The position numbers were made by a program, and so were the translations under genes. A stretch of DNA of 57,219 nt. Source: Candidatus Sericytochromatia bacterium (GTDB taxonomy: Bacteria; Cyanobacteriota; Sericytochromatia; S15B-MN24; JAQBPE01). The stretch is taken from positions 1 to 57,219 of the forward strand of contig JBBAPZ010000010.1 of NCBI GenBank assembly GCA_040400605.1, given 5' to 3'. Below are positions 1-9,781 of this stretch, in pieces. Numbering within the stretch: position 1 is the stretch's first letter; every line of letters begins with the position of its first letter. A model generated the notes under the pieces. The model did not search any database. It was not told where the DNA came from and saw nothing but the letters and a program-made list of their open reading frames with translations.

Positions 1-1639
1 CCACTGTTTGCCCACTTTTTACCGCGTCACCCACCGCCACGCAGGTTTTGACGACCCGGCTCATCATCGGGGCTACGATGCCACCATCCCCGGCACCGCC
101 AAGCGCGCTCCGGTTGTTTGACAGGGCTTTCGGTTTGGTGGGTATTTGATTGCGATTCGCCACGGCGACGGGTGATGCACCGTGCTGGCGCAGGCTCACA
201 TGGAACAGTTGCCGGTTCACTTCGATTGCAAAGGTGCGTGGGGTCACGGCTTCTTCGGGTGGATTGGCCACTTTGACTTTTTGGCATTCGGCCGCGATTT
301 CGGCTCGTTCCGCTTCGCTTAGATTATCAGTGAGGAAGCGTGTGGAAAAGTTGCCGGATATGAAGGTGGGGTTGCGCATGATTACCCGGTGCAGCGGCAC
401 GGTGGTGGTCACCCCTTCGATGTGTGTTTCATCGAGGGCGCGGCGCATGCGGGCGATCGCCTCGTCACGTGTGCTGCCTGTCGTGATGAGCTTGGCAATC
501 ATGGAATCGTAGGCACTCGGTATCGTCCAGCCCTCGTAAGCGGCGCCATCTAGGCGCACCCCGATGCCTTCCGGTCGTTCATAACGGCTCAGATAACCGG
601 GGGTGGGGCGGTAGTTGTTGGAAGGATCTTCGGCGTTGAGACGTACCTGGATGGCCCAACCTTGTGGTTTCCGTCCGAGCAGCTCCGGATTGAGGGGGTG
701 TTTGGCAGCCACCTTGATCATCTCCTTGACCAGGTCACAACGATAGACCTCTTCGGTAACGGTGTGTTCAACCTGAATCCGGGTGTTCATTTCAAGAAAG
801 TAAAATTGGCCGTCTTCGAACATGAATTCAACCGTGCCCATGGAATCGTAACCGACTCCGCGGGCGATACGGCAGGCGGCTTCGCCGATGGCTTCTCGCA
901 AAGTGGGATTAAGGGCTGGAGAAGGCGATTCTTCGACCAGTTTCTGGTTGCGGCGCTGGATACTGCAATCACGTTCACCGAGGTGGGCGACCGTGCCGTG
1001 TTGATCCGCAATGATTTGCACTTCGATGTGTCGGGGATTGACCAAGAAACGCTCGACATAGACCGTGGGGTCGCCGAAATAACTCTGGCCTTCCCGTTGC
1101 GCCTTTTCGAGGCCGGATGCCGCTTCGGCCGGATGGTGAATCACCACCTGACCGCGCCCGCCACCGCCGGAAGCCGCCTTGATGAGTAACGGATAGCCAC
1201 ATTCGCTGCCAAAGTCGATGACTTCTTGGGCATGGGTGATCGGTTCGGTGCGGCCGGGCACGATGGGGACATCGTGGGCGATCGCCACCTGGCGCGCGGC
1301 AAGCTTGCTGCCCATTTGACGAATGGCATCCGGCTTGGGGCCAACCCAAGTTAACTGACGCTCCAGGCAGCCTTGTGCGAATTCGGCATTTTCGGATAAA
1401 AATCCGTAGCCAGGGTGGATGGCGTCGACTCCGGCTTCCCGTGCGATCGCCCAAAGGGCTTGCATATCCAGGTAACTGGCTTCACCGAGGTTGTAGGCAT
1501 GATCGGCCATCCGCACGTGGCGGCAATCGCGATCCAATTCCGTGTACACAGCGACCGTGGCGATGCCGAGTTCCTTGCACGCACGCATGACGCGCATCGC
1601 AATCTCGCCCCGATTCGCAACCAACAACTTCTGGAACAT
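1..1639 (-). CDS. Acyl-CoA carboxylase biotin carboxylase fused to a biotin carboxyl carrier domain (runs off the left edge)
   Basis: Not in the ORF track because it has no stop in the window. Manual translation from ATG 1639 gives MFQKLLVANRGEIAMRVMRAC, IHPGYGFLSEN, KAASGGGGRG, ERDCSIQRRNQK and FLEMNTRIQVEH. The same frame ends IVAPMMSRVVKTCVAVGDAVKSGQTV, the start of a biotinyl domain. Confidence 0.93.
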   Translation of the reverse strand, partial: MFQKLLVANRGEIAMRVMRACKELGIATVAVYTELDRDCRHVRMADHAYNLGEASYLDMQALWAIAREAGVDAIHPGYGFLSENAEFAQGCLERQLTWVGPKPDAIRQMGSKLAARQVAIAHDVPIVPGRTEPITHAQEVIDFGSECGYPLLIKAASGGGGRGQVVIHHPAEAASGLEKAQREGQSYFGDPTVYVERFLVNPRHIEVQIIADQHGTVAHLGERDCSIQRRNQKLVEESPSPALNPTLREAIGEAACRIARGVGYDSMGTVEFMFEDGQFYFLEMNTRIQVEHTVTEEVYRCDLVKEMIKVAAKHPLNPELLGRKPQGWAIQVRLNAEDPSNNYRPTPGYLSRYERPEGIGVRLDGAAYEGWTIPSAYDSMIAKLITTGSTRDEAIARMRRALDETHIEGVTTTVPLHRVIMRNPTFISGNFSTRFLTDNLSEAERAEIAAECQKVKVANPPEEAVTPRTFAIEVNRQLFHVSLRQHGASPVAVANRNQIPTKPKALSNNRSALGGAGDGGIVAPMMSRVVKTCVAVGDAVKSGQTV

Positions 1640-1909
1640 CGCGCGCTCCCATTTCGTAGCACTGAACAAGCCTTGGCATCAACATTCTAACATTTTGCAG
1701 TGACGACTTCCGGCATGCCCGCACGATGCCGCCGCGATTGAATGGGGTGGTGCTGAACCAACAATCCTCACGTGCACTGGTTCATCGTTTCTCGCTAGAT
1801 CAACAACGGACCTGGGTCGCACCCGTTGGCACTTCATCCCCTTTTGGTGACCTTGCTTGCAGTCTTGCTTGTAGCGCGTGTGTTACCTTGCCCAAAAGGA
1901 GGGTGTGCC

Positions 1910-2845
1910 ATGCGGGTCTTCGTGACTGGAGCAACGGGCTTTGTCGGGCAGTATGTCGTGGCCGCCTTGCACGCACAGGGTCACGAGGTCGTCGCCCTTG
2001 TGCGACCGGGTCATCGGGCGCGCCTGAAGCCTTTGGCGCAGGATGTCAGTGTGGTGTATGGGGATGTGACGGAGGCATCGACCCTTGAAGGTGCTTTGCG
2101 TGGTTGTGAGGCGGTGATCAACCTGGTCGGCATTCTCCGCGAGGCGCCCTTGCGCGGGATCAGCTTTGAGCGCGTGCATGTGGAGGGGACCCGAAATCTG
2201 ATCGAGGCGGCACGTATGGCCGGTATCAGGCGTTTCGTTCAGATGAGCGCCAACGGGGTCAAACCGGAAGGCACGCCCTATCAGGTCAGCAAGTATGCCG
2301 CCGAGCAACTTCTGAAACAGTCTGGTCTGGATTGGACCATTTTTCGTCCTTCGGTGATTGTCGGCGATACCTTGGGGCGCACGGGGTTTGTTGATGAGAT
2401 AGCCCAGTTGATGACGTTCGCGTTGTTTTTCCCGCTGTTTGGTGACGGTGCCTATCGGCTTCAACCCATTTGTGTGACGGATGTGGCGGCGGTGTTTGCG
2501 CGCTCACTGTCGTTGTCGGACAGCATCCGCCAAGTCTATGCACTTGGTGGTCCGGAAGTCATCAGCTATCGCGAGTTGGTCGCACGCATCGCCCGTGCGG
2601 TGGGTAAACCTTGGTTGCCACTTGTGCCTTCACCATTGCCACTGGTACGTCTGGCGGTTGATATCGGTGAATTGATTCCCGGTTTCCCACTGGGTGCAAC
2701 TGAGCTCACCATGCTACTGGAGGGCAACAGATGCGAGGACAATCGCTGGGCCCAGACCTTTGGCCTCACGCCAGGCCCCTGCGATGCGGCAGCATTGCGC
2801 TACGTGCGTCACGATGTACACGCACCATGGCTGAGGGCATCGTGA
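1910..2845 (+). CDS. NAD(P)-dependent epimerase/SDR, complex I NDUFA9-like family
   Basis: MRVFVTGATGFVG Rossmann motif and YQVSK (YxxxK); AGGAGG upstream of ATG 1910. Confidence 0.88.
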   Translation: MRVFVTGATGFVGQYVVAALHAQGHEVVALVRPGHRARLKPLAQDVSVVYGDVTEASTLEGALRGCEAVINLVGILREAPLRGISFERVHVEGTRNLIEAARMAGIRRFVQMSANGVKPEGTPYQVSKYAAEQLLKQSGLDWTIFRPSVIVGDTLGRTGFVDEIAQLMTFALFFPLFGDGAYRLQPICVTDVAAVFARSLSLSDSIRQVYALGGPEVISYRELVARIARAVGKPWLPLVPSPLPLVRLAVDIGELIPGFPLGATELTMLLEGNRCEDNRWAQTFGLTPGPCDAAALRYVRHDVHAPWLRAS

Positions 2846-2907
2846 GTTTTGTGACTGAATCACCGAATTGGGCGGTGAGGATGATTGGGTAAAAAGCATA
2901 GGGACAA

Positions 2908-4023
2908 TCATCGTTCATAGCCCAGCGCCCTTCGATGAGCAGCGTTAACTGTTCTGTTAAATCTGCGTTCGTACAAGTAGATTGGATTGCGATAAGACTT
3001 GAGAATCTCGTTGATTGCAACTGTCGCCTTCGGATTCTCCCATTGCATCGGTCCCAAAATTTTAAATGCCTCCAAGGTTAGCGCCTGCCGTTTTGCTTCC
3101 TGCTGGTTGGGGAAATTGTCTGGATTTTGTCCGCGTACGACCAGCTTTTCGATGGCATCGATCGCCTGATCGCTTGTATAATCTTTGAATGCGTCGAGCG
3201 CCTGGCTCACTGTTTTTAGCTCCTTGGCTGCCATACCGACGCTACGGAGTCGATTGATTTTTTCCGCCTCATTGTTAGTTTTGGATTGAATCGCGCGGAT
3301 TACACCCGGAGCGAGATAATCGAAGTGGGTGATACCATTCTGAAGGTGACGACGCGTTGCAATATCCACCAGTGATTCCGAAATGGAATCTCCGGATCGT
3401 TCAGCGAGAGCATTGATTGCCTCTTGCTGCACTTTTGTACTGGGCTGATACGTTTTTATTGCCCATGTGAGCAGTTCTGTTGTCGTGGGTGTCACTTTTT
3501 TACCCCACTCGTCGATGGCCGCACGAATCAATACTGGGTCTCCCATCGAATATGGACCAGCCAAACCTGACAAAATGGTGCCAACGTCTGGCTCCCCTTG
3601 TTCCACCAGTTGTTTGATGGCCACCATCGCCTCATCGGTGCCCCCTTGCCCCAGTTCGCGAATGGCCAAGTTCTGGCCAAGGAGACGGGTGCGCTTGCTG
3701 TCGAGTGACATTGGGCCCTGCTGGATCAGGTTCAGAGCAAAGCGGATGTCTTCAGGGTCTGACGCAAGGAGAGCCAATTCGCAGATCGCCTCTGATGAAT
3801 GATCTGTGCCTGAAAGACGGGACATCGCAATGCGCATGGCCCTTGACGCCGGGTTGGAAGGCTGCTGCGTCGATGCGGATCGAGACAAAGCCAGCGCATC
3901 GGGTTCCATTGGACGCCGCGTATCTGACAAGGTGATTCCTGCGGATTTCAATGCCTGAAGCGACTCACCCGAGTTTCCGCGCAGTACCTTCGCCAATGAA
4001 CTTAAAATCACCGCGCCACTCAT
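2908..4023 (-). CDS. Orphan alpha-helical (HEAT-like) protein, paralogue of 34251-35447
   Basis: Long ORF with GAGGGG upstream of ATG 4023. Shares DALAL, NPxS, ALxxSDP, IRELG and C-terminal RFxxxVNxAxxRA with the 34251-35447 product. Confidence 0.75.
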   Translation of the reverse strand: MSGAVILSSLAKVLRGNSGESLQALKSAGITLSDTRRPMEPDALALSRSASTQQPSNPASRAMRIAMSRLSGTDHSSEAICELALLASDPEDIRFALNLIQQGPMSLDSKRTRLLGQNLAIRELGQGGTDEAMVAIKQLVEQGEPDVGTILSGLAGPYSMGDPVLIRAAIDEWGKKVTPTTTELLTWAIKTYQPSTKVQQEAINALAERSGDSISESLVDIATRRHLQNGITHFDYLAPGVIRAIQSKTNNEAEKINRLRSVGMAAKELKTVSQALDAFKDYTSDQAIDAIEKLVVRGQNPDNFPNQQEAKRQALTLEAFKILGPMQWENPKATVAINEILKSYRNPIYLYERRFNRTVNAAHRRALGYER

Positions 4024-4076
4024 CAAAATAATCCCCCTCAATCACCAACCCTTGATCTTCTTTATCACCACCACCC

Positions 4077-4093
4077 GTTACACGACGGTTACA
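4077..4093 (-). promoter_or_regulatory. TGTAAC-N5-TGTAAC direct repeat (OmpR/WalR-type box) upstream of the orphan gene
   Basis: Plus strand reads GTTACA-cgacg-GTTACA; an equivalent box lies at 35506-35522 upstream of the paralogue. Confidence 0.55.
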
Positions 4094-4153
4094 AAATGCC
4101 ATTTTTAAATTAACTGTTAATTAAGTTTTTTAGAATTGTTAAATGCACGTATT

Positions 4154-4250
4154 GCGCAGCAAGCGCAAACTGTGGGTCGAAAGCGGCTTTATCCCATCTG
4201 ACTGTGCTGTCTGCAATTCGAGACATGGTCCGTGGCGCTTGGTTGTATTC
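4154..4250 (+). repeat. Dispersed repeat family A, copy A1
   Basis: gcgcagcaagcgcaaactgtgggtcgaaagcggc...ctgtgctgtctgcaattcgagacatggtccgtggcgcttgg, similar to the other A copies. Confidence 0.85.
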
Positions 4251-4670
4251 GTTCCGACGGGAATACAGGTTCGAAGGCACGGGATCAGTGCCTAAAACTG
4301 TTTGAGTTCCCGTAAGCGATGAGTTTGTGCGAGAAGACATCACGGGTCGTCGGAAGCCATCAGGTCGAACAGCTGCAGCCATCCCAAGCATTTGTTTACT
4401 GCAAGGCATTCAAATCACGCCAGGTCAGGGAAAGATTATTCGTGTCAAAGGCTTGTAGCGCCTAATGATCCAGCCATGCGCCTTTCATTTTCCTGGGGCG
4501 AAATCCCTGTGGTTCCATTCGCTTATCAAAAAGCAAGAATGAGGTGGTCCGCATCAGTGGATGCTGTTTCAACCAAAGTTATCGCCGTGTTTGTTGCTTT
4601 TGTGAGTGAATGGGTCTGCATGAATGACGCAGTTGTTGCTAACATGGGCTTAAAGAAAGCACGGTTTTGT

Positions 4671-5177
4671 ATGTTGATTATCGATACGTTTGATGCGGCC
4701 AACCAGCCCTCGCGTCTTGGAACGCAGTGGTTGGCTTTCAGCGACCAGGTGATGGGAGGGCGCTCACAATTACGGGTTTGGCACGATCGGGTGGATGGTC
4801 GCGCTTGTCTGAGTTTTGCAGGGATGGTTCGTCTTGAGAACCGGGGTGGTTTCATACAGGTGGCGTTGCCGTTGGTGACGCGGTCACATCCGTTTCGGGC
4901 GGATCATTTTTCCGGGATTCAGGTAGTGGTCAAAGGTTACGGCACGCCTTTTTATTTGCATCTCAAAACGGCTTCGCTACGCTTACCTTGGGAGCACTTT
5001 GAGGCACCGCTGCCTGTTGCAAAAGATTGGCAAACGCTTCACGTGCCTTTTGCTCAATTTGTACCACGTGGCACAGGTGAACGTTTGGATTTGACCGGTT
5101 TGACGCGTTTGGGTATTGTTGCGGGCAAAGCTGCGGGGGAGGCGCACCTGGCGATCGCCCAGGTGGCTTTTTATTGA
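4671..5177 (+). CDS. CIA30 family protein (complex I intermediate-associated protein 30-like)
   Basis: WLAFSDQVMGGRS, VRLENRGGFIQV and WQTLHVPFAQF motifs. Confidence 0.88.
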   Translation: MLIIDTFDAANQPSRLGTQWLAFSDQVMGGRSQLRVWHDRVDGRACLSFAGMVRLENRGGFIQVALPLVTRSHPFRADHFSGIQVVVKGYGTPFYLHLKTASLRLPWEHFEAPLPVAKDWQTLHVPFAQFVPRGTGERLDLTGLTRLGIVAGKAAGEAHLAIAQVAFY

Positions 5178-5363
5178 CTGTTCAGATCGGCGCTCACTTG
5201 GGATTGACGCTGTCTTGATGAAATTTTTGGTCTTGATGCCCGTGATTGCTTCATCGGTTTGATGAAGTTCTAACGCCTCGAACACTTCTTGAATGCAATG
5301 GGTGCGATTCTTGAAATGAAACGGTACAATCGTTTTGGTGACGTGGGAAGGGGTTGTTTGAGC

Positions 5364-5924
5364 ATGCGCATAGGGTTTTCTTCGAGCGCTTGGATTGTTG
5401 GATGTCTGATTTGGGGGTGTGCAAACACTGGGGTTGCGACTGCCGTTAAAAAAACACCGACGCCAAACCCACCGGCGGCTTCGGTTGAGCCGGTGTCGGA
5501 CAAGCCCGTCAAGGAGGCGACGGTCTTTTTGCGCAACAATCGTTTTGAGCCGGCGGAGTTGGTGTTGATGCAGGGAGGGCGGATCAATTTCATCAATCAA
5601 GATACACGCACCCATTCCGTGACCCCGGTTGATGGCGCGCAGTTTCTTGAGGTATCAACCTTGTCTCCCGGCTCACCAAGCGGCCCCATCAGTTTTTTCA
5701 GTCAGGGTGAACATCGCTTCCGTTCACGGTTTGCCGATAACATGACAGGCGTGGTTCGTGTGCGCTACGCCTCTGGCCCCGATGGCACGGATGGCGTGTT
5801 GCCCTCATCTGCTCTGACCAGCACGCCATCGGCCGCACCCGAAGCCCAGGCATCGCTTGCTCCTTCTACACCGCCTTCTTCTCTGACACTATCGCCGACG
5901 CCCTCATCATCAAGTACCCCTTGA
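5364..5924 (+). CDS. Cupredoxin-fold lipoprotein lacking the type-1 copper Cys
   Basis: Lipobox IWGC; FEPAELVL, FINQDTRTHSV and NMTGVVRV; Ser/Pro-rich tail. Confidence 0.72.
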   Translation: MRIGFSSSAWIVGCLIWGCANTGVATAVKKTPTPNPPAASVEPVSDKPVKEATVFLRNNRFEPAELVLMQGGRINFINQDTRTHSVTPVDGAQFLEVSTLSPGSPSGPISFFSQGEHRFRSRFADNMTGVVRVRYASGPDGTDGVLPSSALTSTPSAAPEAQASLAPSTPPSSLTLSPTPSSSSTP

Positions 5925-5934
5925 GGAACGTAAC

Positions 5935-6570
5935 GTGCGGGCCTCCTTACGCCTTGGTGTATTTCTTGTTTTGATGCCCGTGCTGGTGTGGGCGTGTCGG
6001 ATGGCCCCCCTCACAGCAGTGACACTGACACAATCAGCCCGTCTCCCCTCGCCGTTAGCGCCAAGTCCGCTGCCGGTCATGTCGGCTTCGCCGAGTCCCC
6101 AGGATCCGACGCCTTCACCGTCACCGCTCTTGCCCCAAACCCCACCGTTTTATCAACCGGTTGAAGCGTTAGAGCCAACCCCAACGCCGTCTGCGTCAGC
6201 ATCTGTCGCTGCGTCTGGCCCGCCTGTGTCCCCGTCGATTCCATCTGCGTCCCCGTCTGTATTACCTTCTGTTCTCGTGTCGATGACGCCGGGGCCTGTG
6301 CCCACTCAAGCTTCCGCTCAGGGGTTTGTCCGGATTCGAAATTTTAGTTTCGAACCGTCTGTCGTAACGATTCGTCAAGGGGGCAGCGTGGTGTTTATCA
6401 ATGATGATGGTGTTTCTCATTCAGTCGTGGCTGATGCCGGGGTGTTTACGCCAACTGGAGTGATTCAGCCCCAAGGGTTCAAAACTGTTACATTGGCGCA
6501 GGTCGGCATTTTTGGCTATCGGTGTGACATTTACGTCGGCATGACGGGGCAGATTCAGGTGGTACCTTGA
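5935..6570 (+). CDS. Cupredoxin-fold lipoprotein with Pro/Ser linker
   Basis: Lipobox VWAC; IRNFSFEPSVVTIRQG, NDDGVSHSV and YRCDIYVGMTGQIQV. Confidence 0.78.
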   Translation: MRASLRLGVFLVLMPVLVWACRMAPLTAVTLTQSARLPSPLAPSPLPVMSASPSPQDPTPSPSPLLPQTPPFYQPVEALEPTPTPSASASVAASGPPVSPSIPSASPSVLPSVLVSMTPGPVPTQASAQGFVRIRNFSFEPSVVTIRQGGSVVFINDDGVSHSVVADAGVFTPTGVIQPQGFKTVTLAQVGIFGYRCDIYVGMTGQIQVVP

Positions 6571-6575
6571 GAAGC

Positions 6576-8132
6576 CTATTCCAGTGGTCCAATGGCTTCT
6601 TCAACGGCTTCGATCAAGGTGCCGTCTTCAATGGCGCGGCTCAATGCTTCGATATCAGGGCTTAAGACACGATCTTCACTCAAATGTGGCACGATTTGCC
6701 GTACACGGCTCTTTGCTGCGGCAACACCCCGACTGATGGGTACTGCCGTGCGGTGTTCAATGCCTTGCATGGCGCAAATAAGTTCGATCGCCAGTACCTG
6801 ACGGGTGTTATCAATCACCTGCAACAGCTTGCGCGCCGCGTTTGTGCCCATGGACACGTGATCCTCCTGTCCCGCAGAAGTGGGAATCGAGTCCACGCTT
6901 GCCGGGTGACACAACCCTTTGTTCTCTGAAACCAGCGATGCCGCTGTGTACTGTGCCACCATGAGTCCAGAGTGGAGGCCCGGCTTGGCAACCAGAAAGG
7001 CAGGCAACCCATTTGATAATGCCGGATTGACCATCCGTTCGGTTCGACGCTCGGAGACATTTCCCAACTCAGCAACTGCGATGGCCATAAAATCTAAAGG
7101 CAACGCGAGGGGTTGACCGTGAAAATGTCCGGCTGAAATCGCAACGCCCGTTTCGCTGAAAATCAATGGATTGTCTGTGACCGAGTTGATTTCGACTTGA
7201 AAAATCTGACGGGCGTAAGCGAAGGTGTCTCGGCTCGCACCGTGTATTTGCGGCGCGCAACGCAGGGAATAGCCGTCTTGTATCTGATCACAGTTGGCGT
7301 GGGTTGCCATTAACTGTGATCCGGTCGTTAAGCGGGTTAAGTTGCGGGCACTGGCCATCTGTCCCGTGTGGGGTCTTAGTAAGTGTATGGCCGATTGAAA
7401 GGGTTTGTTGCTGCCCAGCAACGCTTCGATGGCACTGGCCGTAGCAATGTCTGCCACTTTAGCGAGGCTGCGGGCCTGTTCGATCGCCAAACAACCCATC
7501 GCCGCCATCGCCTGCGTGCCGTTGACGAGCGCCAGACCCTCTTTGGCTGCAAGCCTCAATGGTTCAAGTCCCACCGCTTGCAACGCTTCTGCGCCGGATA
7601 AGACGCGGCCGCGATACTCGGCGAAACCTTCACCGATCAGCACCAACGCCATGTGTGACAACGGTGCCAGGTCACCACTGGCGCCAACGGAACCCTGTGA
7701 GGGAATGAGGGGGTGAACGCCTTGATTTAACAATTCAGTCAGATGGGTGATCACGATTGGACGAATACCCGAATAACCCTTGATCAGTGCATTGAGACGT
7801 AACAACATCATGGCGCGTACAATCGGCGTTTTGAATGGAACCCCCACCCCGGCTGCATGACTTCGGATCAAATTATGTTGAAGGGCTTCGAGTTCATCAA
7901 GTGCGATGCGCTGATTTTTCATGAAACCGAAGCCCGTGTTGATACCATAGACGGCATCGCTGTGGTTCACCATCGCTTCCACTGCGGCACGCGCCCGCTT
8001 GACGGCTTGCAAGGCCGTTTGTGCGATCGCCACCCGTACCCCGCGATACGCAACAAGGTACACATCATAAACCGTGAGCTCGCGCCCATTGATTGTGACA
8101 ACACCCAAATCCGACTCGGTGGCTTCGCCCAT
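6576..8132 (-). CDS. hutH: Histidine ammonia-lyase
   Basis: VYGINTGFG, GSVGASGDLAPL (MIO-forming ASG), KEGLALVNGTQ and QEDHVSMG; RBS-like sequence before ATG 8132. Confidence 0.96.
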   Translation of the reverse strand: MGEATESDLGVVTINGRELTVYDVYLVAYRGVRVAIAQTALQAVKRARAAVEAMVNHSDAVYGINTGFGFMKNQRIALDELEALQHNLIRSHAAGVGVPFKTPIVRAMMLLRLNALIKGYSGIRPIVITHLTELLNQGVHPLIPSQGSVGASGDLAPLSHMALVLIGEGFAEYRGRVLSGAEALQAVGLEPLRLAAKEGLALVNGTQAMAAMGCLAIEQARSLAKVADIATASAIEALLGSNKPFQSAIHLLRPHTGQMASARNLTRLTTGSQLMATHANCDQIQDGYSLRCAPQIHGASRDTFAYARQIFQVEINSVTDNPLIFSETGVAISAGHFHGQPLALPLDFMAIAVAELGNVSERRTERMVNPALSNGLPAFLVAKPGLHSGLMVAQYTAASLVSENKGLCHPASVDSIPTSAGQEDHVSMGTNAARKLLQVIDNTRQVLAIELICAMQGIEHRTAVPISRGVAAAKSRVRQIVPHLSEDRVLSPDIEALSRAIEDGTLIEAVEEAIGPLE

Positions 8133-8161
8133 TGATTCCCTCTTGTCTGAATGCGCAGCCA

Positions 8162-8824
8162 TCAGCGCGGCACGGGCATACCACCTGTTTTCAACGCAGG
8201 CCAGAGTGAATCCCGCCGTTCCAGCAACACGCGCCACAAATCGTCAGCGCTTGCCTCGCGTGTACGGCGAAATTCATCGTCCTTGATTCCACCAAGGTTA
8301 ATGGCGACGTTCAACAGCGCACCCTCGCCACCAGCCAAGGCCAGTAACACCCCGACAGCCGCATCAGACATCGCGTTGCGATTACCGATTTCAAGCAGTC
8401 GCAACGACAGGCCAGCCACTCGTTCACAGGCCTGTGCAACAGCCAACGGCGCATCGGTTGCACCTTTTAGCGCCGCTTGCAAAGCCTCTGTGCGCGCACG
8501 CCTTTGGTCATCATCATCGCGCGGCAAGGCCATGGCCCGCATGACAGCCTCATAGCTTGCGGCATCGCTTGCGATCGCATCGCCCAGTTCGGTGGCGCAG
8601 CTACGTGCCGCTTGCAAGAGGGGATTCAACTCTAGCCAGACACCTTCATACGTTTTTTTTTGCAAGGTCAGCCCCGCGACCATTTGCGCCAGATTGGCGG
8701 CAACTGCGCCTGCCAGCGCCGACGCACTCCCTCCCCCCGGGGTCGGGGTTGTTGCCGCAAAAGCAGCCAGGCATTCCTGAAAGCTGCCCCTCAACCACAA
8801 TGGTTCAGCCATGCCTGCCATCAC
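8162..8824 (-). CDS. Formiminotetrahydrofolate cyclodeaminase
   Basis: PTPGGGSASAL, GNRNAMSD and LNVAINL motifs; adjacent to the formiminotransferase gene. Confidence 0.9.
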   Translation of the reverse strand: MMAGMAEPLWLRGSFQECLAAFAATTPTPGGGSASALAGAVAANLAQMVAGLTLQKKTYEGVWLELNPLLQAARSCATELGDAIASDAASYEAVMRAMALPRDDDDQRRARTEALQAALKGATDAPLAVAQACERVAGLSLRLLEIGNRNAMSDAAVGVLLALAGGEGALLNVAINLGGIKDDEFRRTREASADDLWRVLLERRDSLWPALKTGGMPVPR

Positions 8825-9750
8825 AACCCGTCTCCTTCAGCGCCCTCAACGCTCTGAATCCGATTCTCAAGAATCATATCGCGTGAATAGCCTTCAAGCT
8901 GTAAATAATAAGCGGCGCTTTCCAGCAAAGCATCTTGCGGAATCAGTCCGACCAACTCCGCCCCGGCCACGCTGACGCCATAACGCGCCGCTTCGATCCT
9001 GATCAGTTCCTGCACCCGATAAATCGGGTTCTTGCGAAAATTAACCAGATTCATGGACACCTGAACCTGATTGCGCTCTTCAATCAAAAATCCCAACCCC
9101 TTCACGTGAGCCAACCCGCCGGAGGATCCCCGCACTGCCTTGGCGATGGCTTGGGCCACTGCCAAATTGTTGGTGTTGAGATAAACGTTGTAAGCAATCA
9201 ACGCCTCTCGCGCGCCAATCGCACTCACTCCGAGTGCTGGATGAGGCACCGCTTGGCCGAAGTCGGGTTGCCAGTGCGCCGTCTGTAATTTGTGAGCCAT
9301 GCCCTCGAATTCGCCCTTGCGAATGTCAGCCAGGTTGCGTCGATGCGGCGCACTCGCAGCTTCTTCATAAAGAATCACGGGCACGCCAAATGCCGCCTGT
9401 ACATCTGCTGCCACGTCACGGGATAACTGCACACATTCAGCCATCGTGACGTTTTGAATCGGAATGAACGGAACAACATCCACAGCACCCATGCGCGGAT
9501 GCTCACCTTTGTGATGGCGTAAATCGATCCACCGCGCGCTTTCGCGATACAACGCCAGTATCGCTTGCCTCAAACTCGATTCATTCCCGATAAAACTCAA
9601 AACAGAACGGTTGTGATCAGCATCTGAACTGGTATCCAGGTAGCGGATGCCGGACACGGCCCGTACGGCTGCCACGATCGCTTCGATCACCTCGGAACGA
9701 CGACCTTCACTGATGTTGGGCACACATTCAATCATGGCATTCATTGGCAT
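8821..9750 (-). CDS. ftcD: Glutamate formiminotransferase
   Basis: IECVPNISEGR, DHNRSV and HKGEHPRMGAVDVVPF. Confidence 0.95.
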   Translation of the reverse strand: MPMNAMIECVPNISEGRRSEVIEAIVAAVRAVSGIRYLDTSSDADHNRSVLSFIGNESSLRQAILALYRESARWIDLRHHKGEHPRMGAVDVVPFIPIQNVTMAECVQLSRDVAADVQAAFGVPVILYEEAASAPHRRNLADIRKGEFEGMAHKLQTAHWQPDFGQAVPHPALGVSAIGAREALIAYNVYLNTNNLAVAQAIAKAVRGSSGGLAHVKGLGFLIEERNQVQVSMNLVNFRKNPIYRVQELIRIEAARYGVSVAGAELVGLIPQDALLESAAYYLQLEGYSRDMILENRIQSVEGAEGDGL

Positions 9751-9781
9751 GGTGACGACCCCCAGGTTGAATCAACAACGC

